Assembly: GCF_001194135.2 (NCBI RefSeq)
Contig: NC_068990.1
Span: forward strand, 17,920,138-17,984,137
DNA: 64,000 bases
Direction of reading: 5' to 3'
Origin: Octopus bimaculoides
Taxonomy: Eukaryota
This document shows, piece after piece, positions 46,976 to 59,580 of this stretch; positions within the stretch are counted from its first letter, which is position 1, and each line of letters opens with the position of its first letter. Below the pieces are notes generated by a model. The model saw only the letters and a program-made list of their open reading frames with translations, searched no databases and had not been told where the DNA came from. The position numbers and the translations under genes are program-made.

Positions 46976-48099
46976 TCTCATTTATTCAGAGTTAGGTCCA
47001 TAAATATTTCATGAAAATATTTGTGTTTAAAAACGTCAATTTAAATAACACTATTAACAATAACAACAATATCAATAACAGAAACAGTAACAATACACAC
47101 ACAATGTATGTCAAAAGAAAACATCCATTACATTGAGCGAAAGTGTAGATTTGAGCAACTCAGACAAAACTAATTCTTTTGCTAGCATTACTAACTATAG
47201 TCTAGCCAATGTGTGAAGGGATATCTTATCAACTTGCTGGAATAGGACTTATTGGACCTGTGACTTGGTTTTCAATTTTGAAGACGGAATGAGAAAGCCA
47301 GCGCAAGCTAGTATGTCATATGCGTGGCCACAAGCTGGTACCACCATACGAGGGTCTAAATGAAGGATATTGAATTTATTGTTGACCCTCAGCTCGTCAT
47401 TTCCTTTTGTGGTATAGAATGAACTGATAGTCAGTGATAAATTGACTAGGGACGTGATCGAGAGAGATCTATAGAAACATTCTCCCTACCTTGAAATTAA
47501 CAGGATCTTTCTAGAACTGTGTGTCATTGCGAATACGAAAAAAAAAAAAAAGTGTTGAAACTTATGGTGCAAAGTAGAAATCCAAGCTAGTACATGCGTG
47601 GAAATAAGGGCCATTAGAGGTTTATTGCTTGGAAAAATTAGAAAAACATATAGATACATACATATATATGCATACATATACACGCATACATACACATATA
47701 TACATACATATGCACGCATATACATAAGTACAAGCACATATATACGCATACATATGTATACACACAGACACACACGTTATATATACATGTATGTGTGTAG
47801 TCACAACTGGTATGATTTTGATTATAAGTTTACTCGATCAGAGTTAACTTGTAGCTAAACAAGAACACTTCCACTCCCCCCCCTCTCTCTCTATATATAT
47901 ATATTGATAGTTTCTCAACCTCCTATCGGATAATGTTTAAGCCAGACAAAAAAAATGTTAATATGTCAATAACGAGCTAGTCTTTCCCAACTGATTATTT
48001 TATAATAATATCTGACTGTTGCTTTACTTTCCCTATCTGTTTGCAAAGACTTAGCCCAGAGTATTGACACTTATTTGCTTTTAATGACTGTTTTTACGA

Positions 48100-48800
48100 A
48101 ATGTTTACATCATTTGTTTTCCGTCCTGACTTGCTAGCGTTTATAGATTTCTCAATGAGTATAACTACCAACTCAGTCAAACGTATGTGTAAATTATGAC
48201 TTGGTTAAGATTAATCATCCTAAAGCAACGTTATCAATGGCCAATTATTTTCTGGTGTTCACTGCTTAGTCTGCATTTACTGCTTTTCACTTGCTCTTTT
48301 ATATTTTGGCGTTAGTTTCTTGTTGGTAAATGTTTAGACATAAGACGGCAAGCTTTTGAAAATTCCATAGCATCCATTTTACAGCAACGTTAATAAACAA
48401 TCCGTTTTACCCTTTAGATTAGAACTAGTTTTCAATTTTTGGGTTCCGTCTTCGTCTTATTCAGATTTATCCTAGGCCTGTTCAGTTTTGCCTGATACGT
48501 ACAATGTAGGGGTTTATTTTTCACTTCCATTTCATGTATATATTTGCATCTTGTTGAGGTCTTCTCTTAAATCAGCCGTGATTGAACATACCAATGATCA
48601 AAACCGTTCCCGCAATGGACATTCCTGATTTTCTTGAATAGAATATTCAGACCACATTATCAGGGTGTCACTTTCATCTAAGACAGCAAAGTGTATCTTG
48701 ATGCTGAGATTTCTAGTCAAGTGATCGCATAAAAGTTCTCTAATTTTGCTTTCTTTAGTTAATGGTACTGTTGTTACATGTATCGGCTTCTTTCTATGTT
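48100..48800 (-). mobile_element. Possible heavily decayed hAT (Buster/Charlie-like) transposase
   Basis: Weak motifs TVPLT, ELLCDHL..FAVLDES (cf. FALQLDEST) and YT.V*LSW (cf. HTEVRWLSRG); many stops. Confidence 0.35.
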
Positions 48801-49023
48801 TTCAATATGTACGTTTTACCCATTACAACTAGTACGTTTTGCTAATTGGTTTCATATTAAAAAATAGAAGATACCTTCTTAAAATACATATCATGGCTAG
48901 AACTGTAATACCTTTAATCATAGTTCTGCTGGATCAGAGATAACTTGGTGGACAAACAACAGCTATAAAGTTTGTACACTTCTACTTTGCATTCTTATTC
49001 CATTATTAAATATTTTCTTATTG

Positions 49024-49066
<43 letters not shown>

Positions 49067-49202
49067 NNNNNNNNNNNNNNNNNNNNNNNNNNNNNNNNNN
49101 NNNNNNNNNNNNATATATATAGGGAGAATTCACAAAAGACGAAGACAGGTGGTGTAGACAACAAACATGTATTAGTTTAACGCTCGGGAAATGTGAAAAA
49201 GC

Positions 49203-49238
49203 CTTTAACGTTTCGAGCTTACGCTCTTCCACAGACAG
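49203..49238 (-). ncRNA. Hammerhead-like motif with A6->U core variant, in a probable PLE tail (~49120-49260)
   Basis: CUGU-CUGUGGA-A-GAGC-GUAA-GCUC-GAAA-CGUU|AAAG: GNRA-capped stem II and intact AACGUU palindrome; stem I 3/4 paired. Confidence 0.55.
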
Positions 49239-49570
49239 GAACAAGAAAGAAACAACGAACAACCCAACATCAGAATTTTTTCCCCCTATAAATTCAGGGA
49301 AGATGCAACCTATGATCGGTACATTAGCAAAGAGTCATATTTTATCACAAAATATAAACCCCTTTTGAATGCATCTGCCACAAATGTCACTACTACAAGG
49401 GCCTTAAAATAATATCCACGCAAATATTAAAAACGATATATTCAGAACAGTTACTACCCATAAATTTATTCAGAACAATCCCAATCAAAACCAAGAACTC
49501 ACATCCCTCATATCAAATATTCTTTTGGGACTGCTACTACCTACTACCAAGCTTTCACAAGAGTAAAAGG

Positions 49571-49626
<56 letters not shown>

Positions 49627-49715
49627 NNNNNNNNNNNNNNNNNNNNNNNNNNNNNNNNNNNNNNNNNNNNNNNNNNNNNNNNNNNNNNNNNNNNNNNNNN
49701 NNNNNNNNNNNNNNN

Positions 49716-49764
<49 letters not shown>

Positions 49765-49768
<4 letters not shown>

Positions 49769-50066
49769 TAGCCTCGGGCTGACCAAAGCCTTGTGAGTGG
49801 ATTTGGTAGACGGAAACTGAAAGAAGCCTGCCGTATATATGTGTATATTTGTGTGTGTGTGTGTTTGTGTCTGTGTTTGTATTCCCACCATCGCTTGACA
49901 ACCGATGTTGGTGTGTTTATGTCCCCATAACTAGCGGTTCGGCAAAAGAGACCGATAAAATATGCACTAGGCTTACAGATAATGTCTCGGGGTCGATTTG
50001 TTCGATTAAAAGCGGTGCTCCAGCATGACCGCAGTCAAATGATTGAAAGAAGTAAAAGAATAAAAA
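49765..50066 (+). mobile_element. SINE family S1 (5' end lost in gap/CA run)
   Basis: CTATAGCCTCGGGCTGACCAAAGCC...GCGGTGCTCCAGCATGACCGCAGTC...AAGTAAAAGAATAAAAA. A degenerate 3' half is also at ~52430-52600. Confidence 0.88.
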
Positions 50067-50082
50067 ACTATGCCATTTTAAT

Positions 50083-50110
50083 CCCGAGCAACACCGGGTA
50101 TCTCTGCTAG
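50083..50110 (+). mobile_element. Helitron 3' terminus (hairpin + CTAG)
   Basis: CCCG-AGCAACAC-CGGG-TATCTCTG-CTAG|T; same design as the terminus at 4804. Confidence 0.65.
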
Positions 50111-50182
50111 TCTCTTATAAAAAATATATTTGAAAATATATTTCTATATGAGTCTTTAATTTGCAATTACTTTCAAATATAC

Positions 50183-50455
50183 GGATCTAGTTCAAAACGG
50201 GGGCGCCAGTATTTTCTTAACGAAACACTTTGAAACTTGGGACACTGGTAGAATGTGTCATATAAAACATCTTTTTCTCTTAGTCTTCTTAAGAAAAATT
50301 ATTATATTGCAACTTATTTCATGTTAAAGTTGTCGTATTTCTGTAATTTCAACCAATGACTGACGTCCATTCAGCCGAATACAGTAAGTGCTGACTACGT
50401 AAACAAACGATTCTCAAACGATTCTGGCGGTGATAAAATTATTATTTCCTTGTCA
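50183..50455 (-). mobile_element. Partial second copy of the 12392-12991 MITE
   Basis: GGATCTAGTTCAAAACGGGGGCGCCAGTATTTTCTTAACGAAACACTTTGAAACTTGGGACAC... is the reverse complement of ~12740-12991. Confidence 0.9.
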
Positions 50456-50998
50456 AAAAATGGCTGAAGCATATTGGCAGTAGCTAATAAACCTTTCTAT
50501 TATAGGCACAAGGCCTGGTTTTTGAGGGAAGGAGCAAGTCGGTTAGGGTTAGNNNNNNNNNNNNNNNNNNNNNNNNNNNNNNNNNNNNNNNNNNNNNNNN
50601 NNNNNNNNNNNNNNNNNNNNNNNNNNNNNNNNNNNNNNNNNNNNNNNNNNNNNNNNNNNNNNNNNNNNNNNNNNNNNNNNNNNNNNNNNNNNNNNNNNNN
50701 NNNNNNNNNNNNNNNNNNNNNNNNNNNNNNNNNNNNNNNNNNNNNNNNNNNNNNNNNNNNNNNNNNNNNNNNNNNNNNNNNNNNNNNNNNNNNNNNNNNN
50801 NNNNNNNNNNNNNNNNNNNNNNNNNNNNNNNNNNNNNNNNNNNNNNNNNNNNNNNNNNNNNNNNNNNNNNNNNNNNNNNNNNNNNNNNNNNNNNNNNNNN
50901 NNNNNNNNNNNNNNNNNNNNNNNNNNNNNNNNNNNNNNNNNNNNNNNNNNNNNNNNNNNNNNNNNNNNNNNNNNNNNNNNNNNNNNNNNNNNNNNNNN

Positions 50999-51064
<66 letters not shown>

Positions 51065-52949
51065 TATTAGAAATGTTTTCTCTTTTACGAAGCTCGCTTA
51101 AGAACGTCAGCATTGAGAAGAGAAATCTGTAAGAATCCTTTCTGCTATAGGTACAAGGCCTGACATTTTGGCGGGTGCGGTTTGCCTATTTTATCGATCC
51201 GAGTACTTGACGAGTACTTATTTTATCAACTGCAAAAGAATGAAAGGCAAAGTCGAACATGACGGAATTTGAACTCTGAAAGTAAAGCCGGAAGTATTGT
51301 CGTTAAGCATTTTGTCCGGTATGCTCACGATTCTGTCAGTTCGTTGCCTTAGAGAGATTTGTCATAGTATGTAATATATGACTTTATTTACTTATTTACT
51401 TATTCATTTTGTTTACACGGGATATCTAAGTCTCTCTTTGTATTTTTGTTTTGGTACCTGCTGATGATACAGAAGGATTTCCCGCATTGCAATGGATTTA
51501 GAAGAGCTTGCAAAACCTCTGAGTTTCTCCTGCAGTTTCTGCGTGGTGTAAAACATCCCTGATGCTTATTTCATCTACATAAAACCAAAGATCGCTAATT
51601 TTCCCCTTGAGGGGCTTGGTTTTTGTCAGGCTTAAACTTTTGTAATTGTTGTCGGCCAAAAAGATGACTTAAATCAATTATAATTTACATGAACAGTTTC
51701 TTTAATCCGCGGCTAAACATCAAGAAAGTAACGCAAATTACTATTTTCGAATCTTATTTGCTTCCATCTGATTTTTAGTCTTAGTTCGCAAATATTTCTG
51801 CGAAGAATAACTGTCTTATGGCCCCAGCAAAATTCCTATGACAAATACTTTGTGTAAAATATTATACGCGTTGAAGAATAAAGGTAGAAACCGTACAACT
51901 ATATATATTTTTAAAGATGAAATAACAGATCAGCATTTTATATTTTACATTCTGCATATTATGGCTTCTGCAATATTTTATATAGAAAATTCTCAACGAT
52001 TTAAATTTAGAAAATTTCTAACTCTTAGTTCTCATTCCAAACTATTAGAAATTTTTTCACCTCCATCCATAAGGCTTTGGTCACTCTAGNNNNNNNNNNN
52101 NNNNNNNNNNNNNNNNNNNNNNNNNNNNNNNNNNNNNNNNNNNNNNNNNNNNNNNNNNNNNNNNNNNNNNNNNNNNNNNNNNNNNNNNNNNNNNNNNNNN
52201 NNNNNNNNNNNNNNNNNNNNNNNNNNNNNNNNNNNNNNNNNNNNNNNNNNNNNNNNNNNNNNNNNNNNNNNNNNNNNNNNNNNNNNNNNNNNNNNNNNNN
52301 NNNNNNNNNNNNNNNNNNNNNNNNNNNNNNNNNNNNNNNNNNNNNNNNNNNNNNNNNNNNNNNNNNNNNNNNNNNNNNNNNNNNNNNNNNNNNNNNNNNN
52401 NNNNNNNNNNNNNNNNNNNNNNNNNNNNNGTGTGTGTGTGTTTCTTTGTACCCCCACCGCTTGAAAACTGGCGTTAGTTGGTTTACTCACAATTTAGTAG
52501 CTCGGCAAAAAACCGATAAAAAAATATTAATACTAGGGTTGATTTGTTCTACTAATCTTTACAAGGTAGTGTTGCAGTCCAATCACTGCAACAAGTAAAA
52601 CTTAAAAGATACAAAACAAAAACAAATAAAACAAAATGAAAACAAAAGAAAGCATAATAAACATGAATTATGCTTATTTCTTAAACCTGGTGCGGACCAA
52701 TGAATATTCCTTTACTTGAGTCAAATAAGCTTTTATTAGAGATATGTAAATAGTTAATCGAATAATTATTCTGTTCAGATAAATGTTCAAGCAAAACGTA
52801 GCCTTAGTATACTCGCAGCCGCAAGTGTTGTGTATGAGTGACCTTGAACTTCAGTTTGATGATAGCCACGTCACAAATTGACATGGGTTAAAGTGAAAGT
52901 ACGTTTAGTGATCTTGGAGATTTGTCGCAATTTGTACTGTGCGAAATTC

Positions 52950-53525
52950 TGTTTCAGAGTGGAGAGAAATTTTACGGAGAATTTTGTAATGTTGCAAAAG
53001 GCCAATGGAGATGATTGAGCCTCACACAATGTTGAGTTTCGTGCTAACATTTCAAGTCGTGAAAAACATCCACCAATGACATTTTCAAATATGGACGATC
53101 TTCCACGGCAGCGGACGAATATCAGCTTTGCGAAACTGCTTGCTGTCGTCCGTGAAAATCGTTGCCTTATTGTTTGCGAAATTTCCAAAGTAGATATTTG
53201 TCAAAATTTCGTGTCTACAGATTACTATAGAAGTAAAATCGAAGATGCATTGCGCTATACGAAAACATCTGTTGACAAATGAACATAAATAAAAAGTCGA
53301 AGCACAGTCAGTGAAAAGCTGTTTGATGATCCGAATGCTTTTAAAAAAGTTTCTGAACTGATGAAACGTAGCCGTACCGCTACGATATCGTAATAAAAAC
53401 GCAGTGAATTTGGATCATCTTTTCACTACGACAGAAATGTCTCATGACGGTGTTGATCGATTGGAAGGGTTTATTGTTTGTTATGAGTTTGTTTCACGTG
53501 ACCAGACGATCAATAACAAGTCTTA
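52950..53525 (+). mobile_element. Highly decayed mariner transposase
   Basis: MLQKANGDD, VRENRCLIVCEI, TDET*PYRYD and IDWKGFIVCYEFVSRDQTINNKSY (cf. FDWKGIVHYEFVP.GQTVN..YY). Confidence 0.7.
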
Positions 53526-53589
53526 TTAGGCTGTCCTGATGTCCTGTGTTCTGAACCATTACAGTGAGACACTCTCCAACGCTATTATC

Positions 53590-53790
53590 CTCATTGTCAC
53601 CCAACACCGCCTCTGCCATATCACCAACTCATTCACCTGCACATCTAGCAATTTGATCAACTGCACTTCTTACTCTCTCTGCCACTTCCTGCACATTGGT
53701 CTAATCGGCCGGCACCTAGTTGACCAGCTTGCCGAACATCTTCGGGATATCAAACCTGAGAATGACACCCCGGTCTTGTACAATTTCTGA
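53590..53790 (+). mobile_element. Penelope-like GIY-YIG fragment
   Basis: FTCTSSNLINCTSYSLCHFLHIGLIGRHLVDQLAEHLRDI (cf. FTCTSSNLIYCI.C..C...YIGETGR.L..R..EH). Confidence 0.75.
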
Positions 53791-53929
53791 TCGACCGGGT
53801 ATCTTCTGTGTGTGTACCTTTGTTTCCTTGTGTGCACGCATGTTTGTGTGTGCTTGCGTATGGGTTTATGTGTCTATATAAACTGTGGGTATTGGGGTAT
53901 GGCACCTATGTATATTTCCTATTTAGCAC

Positions 53930-54530
53930 TGGGGATATTTCATTAATGAGGACGTACTCTTGTACTTGTCTGAGTATTGGGTCCTTCAAGTGCCTGGATA
54001 AAATACGGATGTTAAGTCGACCCAGTATGCCTCCATGTTAGTCTTTAGCATGTTGGTAGAGTATGGAAGATCTAGTCTCTCCGCAATGCTTCTAGATGTC
54101 TCACTTATATATATTATGTTCTTGTCTTTACAAGTACCCTCTATGCACCTTATGCTGTAGACTACATTTCTAGTTCTACAATTAACGCCAGGGTTAATCT
54201 TACATACCGTGCAGTTATCATGGGGGTGTGTCCTATATAGTTGTGATCTGATGGAGCTCCCTGGCTTTTCAACGATTTTAATGTTGAGTTTAGCCTCCTT
54301 CAGAGCTTTTCTAAACCTATGGACTAGTTCTCCATGGGCTGTGGCCTCTTCAAACATCACTCCTTGATATCAATCGGTTTTGTAACACGTGTTTACCCTG
54401 TTTGCTTTGTCACAAACTCTTTGTATCCTATTCCAGTCTTTACTTCTATATCTAGGGCAGGCACCACTGGTTTCATTACTTATAATACTAACTTCTTTCT
54501 AGCAATCCTGTATACCCGAACCCTATCTTT
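53930..54530 (-). mobile_element. Penelope-like linker plus GIY-YIG fragment (second subfamily)
   Basis: GACPRYRSKDWNR...VMFEEATAHGELVHRFRKAL...KIVEKPG...CTVC..NCRTRNVVYSIRC...C...IYISETSRSIAERL. Confidence 0.85.
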
Positions 54531-55138
54531 CTGATCATATCCTATCTTTCTGAGAGAAAAAGAGAGAAATAAATTTGTAATATATATAGAGAGATAATTT
54601 GATTAGACATGCACAATAGATTTTGACTGCTGTGCTCTCACGTATATGGTTTTACACGATGCAAATGCAGTTAAATGATTTTTGTTAGCTTCGATAAATA
54701 CAGGACACATTATTTTTTAAAATACCACCGAAGCCAATGTCTATAATTAGTACTCGAAAAATTTGATGCATTATTATATTTGTTGGCGAAAACTGAAGAC
54801 GTTGATATATTTGCATAGTTATTTTACCAGAAACAAAGTACTTTGTTCAGCAACGCTAAATATATACAATATGTATATTTATCTTGATTTATGTATAACC
54901 AGATTTATTTTTCTTCGTGTCAAATACGCTAAGCTGTTTTTACTTTTCAAACGTATAAAACTCAGAAATAGAAATTTTGTCTCTTAGAGTTGTTTGCTAA
55001 AAGTTAATACACTAAGATGAATACGCAAATTATATGTATCTATCAACACATAACATATGAGTAACATCATGATGTTACACGCTATTTTGTGTATGTGTGT
55101 ATAAACGTATAATCTATAATTGTATATATATGTATGTA

Positions 55139-55177
<39 letters not shown>

Positions 55178-55182
55178 ATATA

Positions 55183-55620
55183 CAGGGTGCGGTGAATATA
55201 TTGTCATCTAAATTACTCAAAAATGAAAATAACATTGACATCTCATTTTAACAGATATATTTACCAAAATTACATAAAAATTTCTTGAAATACTAAAGAG
55301 CAAATTTATTCAATAAAATTACCATTATCTTCAACCCCAGCCTCCAGACGACATCGGAATATCCTGCAACTCTTCTGGACGGTCTCTTTGTTTAAGTTGG
55401 TGAATGCTTCCTTAATCCTTGCCTTCAGTTCATCTTTGGTGTCACAAAGAAATTTGTTGGTCTCTCGCTCAACTGCACCCCACAAATAATAATCAAGGGG
55501 GTTGAAGTCTGGGGAGTTAGATGGTCAGATGTTAGGAGTGATGTGGTCGCAGAAATTATCTGACAGCCATGACTAGGTTCTACTGCTTGTGTACATGTTT
55601 TGGGGGCACAACAAGCCAAC
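55183..55620 (-). mobile_element. Tc1/mariner superfamily (maT/DD37D-like) 3' fragment
   Basis: TA-CAGGGTG terminus at 55181-55189; minus-strand *PSNSPDFNPLDYYLWGAVERETNK...DELKARIKEAF...GEFY*. Confidence 0.8.
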
Positions 55621-56390
55621 TGTTGTACCTAATTACAGGTTTATTTCACGAAATGATACAGCTTCGATCAGTTCCTGATCGAATTAAACTGCGCACTACT
55701 TCATTTTACTTGCTAACTTTGTTAACTGAAGCTACTCATCTACTCTAGATATCCCTCGATCTGAATCTTCTGCTTCAATTAACGATAACCAAATTGTCAT
55801 TTATGGTCTCAAAACTTCTTTATATTTACCTTTGAACTTGACCTGCCGTGTAACTGGCATTTTACGCCAATGTTAACTCATACAGCCGCATGCTTAGGCT
55901 TCAGTGCCAATATAGGCAAACATACTCGCATAACTGTTGCTACATTAAGTTTGCCTTATACAACCAGCTGGCCCCGTGCCGTAAAAAATGACGGCTAATT
56001 GTAGGAGAGCACCCCCCCCCCACACACACATTAAAAAAATTTAGCAAAAATACAACAAACGGAAAATTTTACAAAAACATAAACAGAAAGTTCGTAGCTA
56101 ATTCCTCATCAGTCAACGTTCAAAAGATCATTTCAATTTCGCGCCTTTAACGTTGATATTGTTCACTTTTGGTGGACAATATAGCTAACAAACGTACAAG
56201 ACAATGACGAAGACAAACACGACAAAATAAAATATACTTATACAGCAAAAAACTCCGTGCGACCGCAAGAAGGGCAGATATGGGGTAACGCAAAGGAAAA
56301 TGAAAATGTCCTGTAAGACTGGAGACGTGAGAAGTACAGACAGAAAGTAAGAACGAAGGAAGAGATAAAGTATTAGGGAGGGAAAGAAAG

Positions 56391-56470
56391 AGAGGGAGGA
56401 AGGCAAAAAGAAAGGCAAAGAAAGAGAAAGAGAGGGAGGAAGGCAAAAAGAAAGGCAAAGAAAGAGAAAG
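56391..56470. repeat. Exact 40-bp tandem duplication in a purine-rich tract
   Basis: AGAGGGAGGAAGGCAAAAAGAAAGGCAAAGAAAGAGAAAG x2. Confidence 0.9.
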
Positions 56471-56641
56471 AAAGCGACAAATACAGACGTCGCACAAAAG
56501 ACATTTCAAATATATTGTCAGGAGCGTTACATATTTCAAAAATTTAACAAACACGCACGCACGCACACACACACACACGCACGCACACACACACACACAC
56601 ACACATTCATAAGAAAGTCCCAAACGAAGCGAGAAGCCACT

Positions 56642-56679
<38 letters not shown>

Positions 56680-59269
56680 CTATGAAGAAAGAGAAATTAA
56701 TACGAAAGGGATGAATTTACTTTAGACTTGAAAAAGTTCAGCTCGTAAGAAGGAAGGAAACAATGAGATGGATGCGAGTTCCAAAGTCTGGTAGTTCGAG
56801 GAAAGAAAAAAAAAAGCTACGATCATAGAAAGACTTCCTTATTCGTAGAAGTACAACAACATTTGGATGAAAAGGCGGTGAGATTCAAGTTAATCGAAAT
56901 ACCTCAAAGTGATCTAGAATCATGAGAGAGAGTTCATCAGAGCACTTCCTGTGGCAATTACGATAGAGGAAACTAAGACTGGCCACGTTACGTCCATGTG
57001 ACGCGTGTAGGTCATTATAACATACTGTATATAACTATAAAATAAATTTTGTGGATGTACAAGTCTCCAAACACTTTATTATCATTAATAATAATATATA
57101 GATATTTATATATACATACATATATATATATACATATACATATATACTTATGTATGCGCATGTATCTATCTATTTATCTATTCATATATATGTGTGTGTG
57201 TTCCTATTGAAAGAGAGAGAGAGAGAGAGAGGGGGAGAGCGTGTATGAGAGAGAACCGAACCCAACCTGATTACATTGACATTCCATTTCAAGAAACAGC
57301 TCTTAACTGAAATATTAACAACAGAGCGAGACAAGTGAAAATCTTGTGGAATGAATTCTAAAGCATGGGTGTAGATAATTGAATTGCCACTGAGCGTAGG
57401 CAAGAGCATTACATGGAATTCTATAGAGAATTGGTTAGATAACGTTATGTATTTATCATCACTATTTAAGTTGGCCGTCTAAAAATCGATAGTTGTGTCT
57501 GTATTAGCGATTACATTCAGCCCAAGAACTTTATTCATGTAAAAAAAAAACAAGACAAAACAAAAAACAAAAACAAAATCAACAACAACAAAATAAACTA
57601 AAATGCAAATAAAAATACAATAATAATAATAATAATAATAACTGCGAAAAATTCCAAACCAACACCAAGAATTGATACTGTTTCATGAAATTAATAATGT
57701 GTTCTATCTATGGTAAATGGCCATAACATTTTTACATATTTTTCAGTATCGGTATGGTATTTAGTCGATCCAGAAACATAATCATTATCTACTTTTATCA
57801 GTGCTGCAGAGAGGAATGGTAAATAGATCTTCTCTGAAATTTGAACTCACAATGTAAAGGAGTTTTATTTAGTAGGGACAGAGCAGCGTCTGTAATGTTT
57901 TCGTAGAGCTTCTGTGACTTTGTAAGGAAGCAAATTAAGAAAAAGACGTTTCATAGAATACTTTTGCATACCAGAAGCCTCGTACGAATACTTGCTAAAG
58001 AAATCCATGGATCATCATATGACAATTTTAAACAAGGCGTTGGAATGGATCAAGTGTACTGCCTTATCACACTGTTTTCTAATATAGACATAAGGTCTTG
58101 AATTTTAGGGATTTCTATTATAGACATAAATTTTAGTATAGTCACTTAAATCGACCCATGCAATGACTGGTACCTTATCAACCCTATGAAGGATAAAAAA
58201 CAAGTTGATTCTGACGATGTTTGAAGTTAGAATGCAAAAGGTTGTAACTAGACACCGCTAGGTATTTTGTCCCACTCTGTAATTCGATGTCTAATAGGAA
58301 ATGAGTAAGTGCTTTCTGGTATTTACACTGTACGACACCAGATAGGTGTCTTGCGGTATTTAGTTTCGTTTCTCCATATCTTTCATATCAATCTTAAGCG
58401 CAGCAATTTGGTAGAATCGTTAGAGCGTCGGGAAAAAATACTCGTTATGTTAGTTCAAATTCCACCAAGGTCAACTTTTTCCTCTCATCCTTTCAAGGCC
58501 GTTAAATAAAGACCAATAAGTAATGGGGTCAATTGAACCAACTAATACCCTTTATATCTATACTTGGTCTTGTACCTAAATCTGAAACCATTCTGAGTTT
58601 AAATCATGACTTTTATTTCCGTTGCATTTTGTAGATCTATAGTGGAACGGCATCTAGATAGGTATAGACATTTAATTGCAAATAATCTGGCTTGATAGTC
58701 AATAAACAGTCCCAGTACAACACCAGCAGCATTCACCAGGGAGTAATAACCAACTAGATGGCACTGTTGGATTTATGAAAATTGTGCAAGATCGCTTCAA
58801 ATAAACATTGCCCCCATCTGAAGTGTTAGATGGATCGACCCTAACTCCTTTAATTTCTCATTGCTATCCATTCCCTCTTATCGATCATGCACTATCTTCT
58901 ATTTTTGCTGATAGATAAATCAAGTGCTAATTCAATAATAAAATTGAACATTAAATTACTGTTGTGTTAACAGCGTTTCGTTTCGTTGCTCAAACCATAA
59001 TTTTTTTTAGCCAACAATGCGTTACGACGATTGTAAACAATTTATCTATCCAATACATGTGCGGACATAAAAATGGGAACAACTCTATGTACATTTGAAT
59101 TCTTTGTGGAGTTTTTGTAGGTCATCATTTTCGTGGGTCTTAGTCATTAATTGATCGTTTGTAAAATGCAATATAGGCTGTTTGTGAAGGTGAAAATGAT
59201 CGCAATAATATTTTTGTAAGCTTCTATATCTTTTATTATTCGGAACATTTGCATTTTGATATGTACAAC

Positions 59270-59580
59270 AATTATGAGCTTTGAACTGGTTTATCACCCT
59301 CCCGATTCTCCTGATTTGACCTCATCTGATTATCATCTGCTCCTCAATGTGAAAGAAATTTGCTGGGAACCTGTATCGCAGTGATGACGTCATTTCTGCT
59401 GTTGAGGACTTTTTTGACCAAGCAGGATTAGAGCTTCTTCACCCATGGGATCCAAGCACAACCACACCGATTGAAAAAATTAGTAGATCGCAAGGGGAAC
59501 CATGTCGAAAAATAAACCTCATTTGGTCACATTCCATGAGAGCATCTTCGTCAGCCTATGAACTTCTCAGCCGACCTTAG
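59270..59580 (+). mobile_element. mariner 3' fragment with right TIR
   Basis: FELVYHPPDSPDLTSSDYHLL...GNHVEK*; ends CCTATGAACTTCTCAGCCGACCTTAG|TA. Confidence 0.8.
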
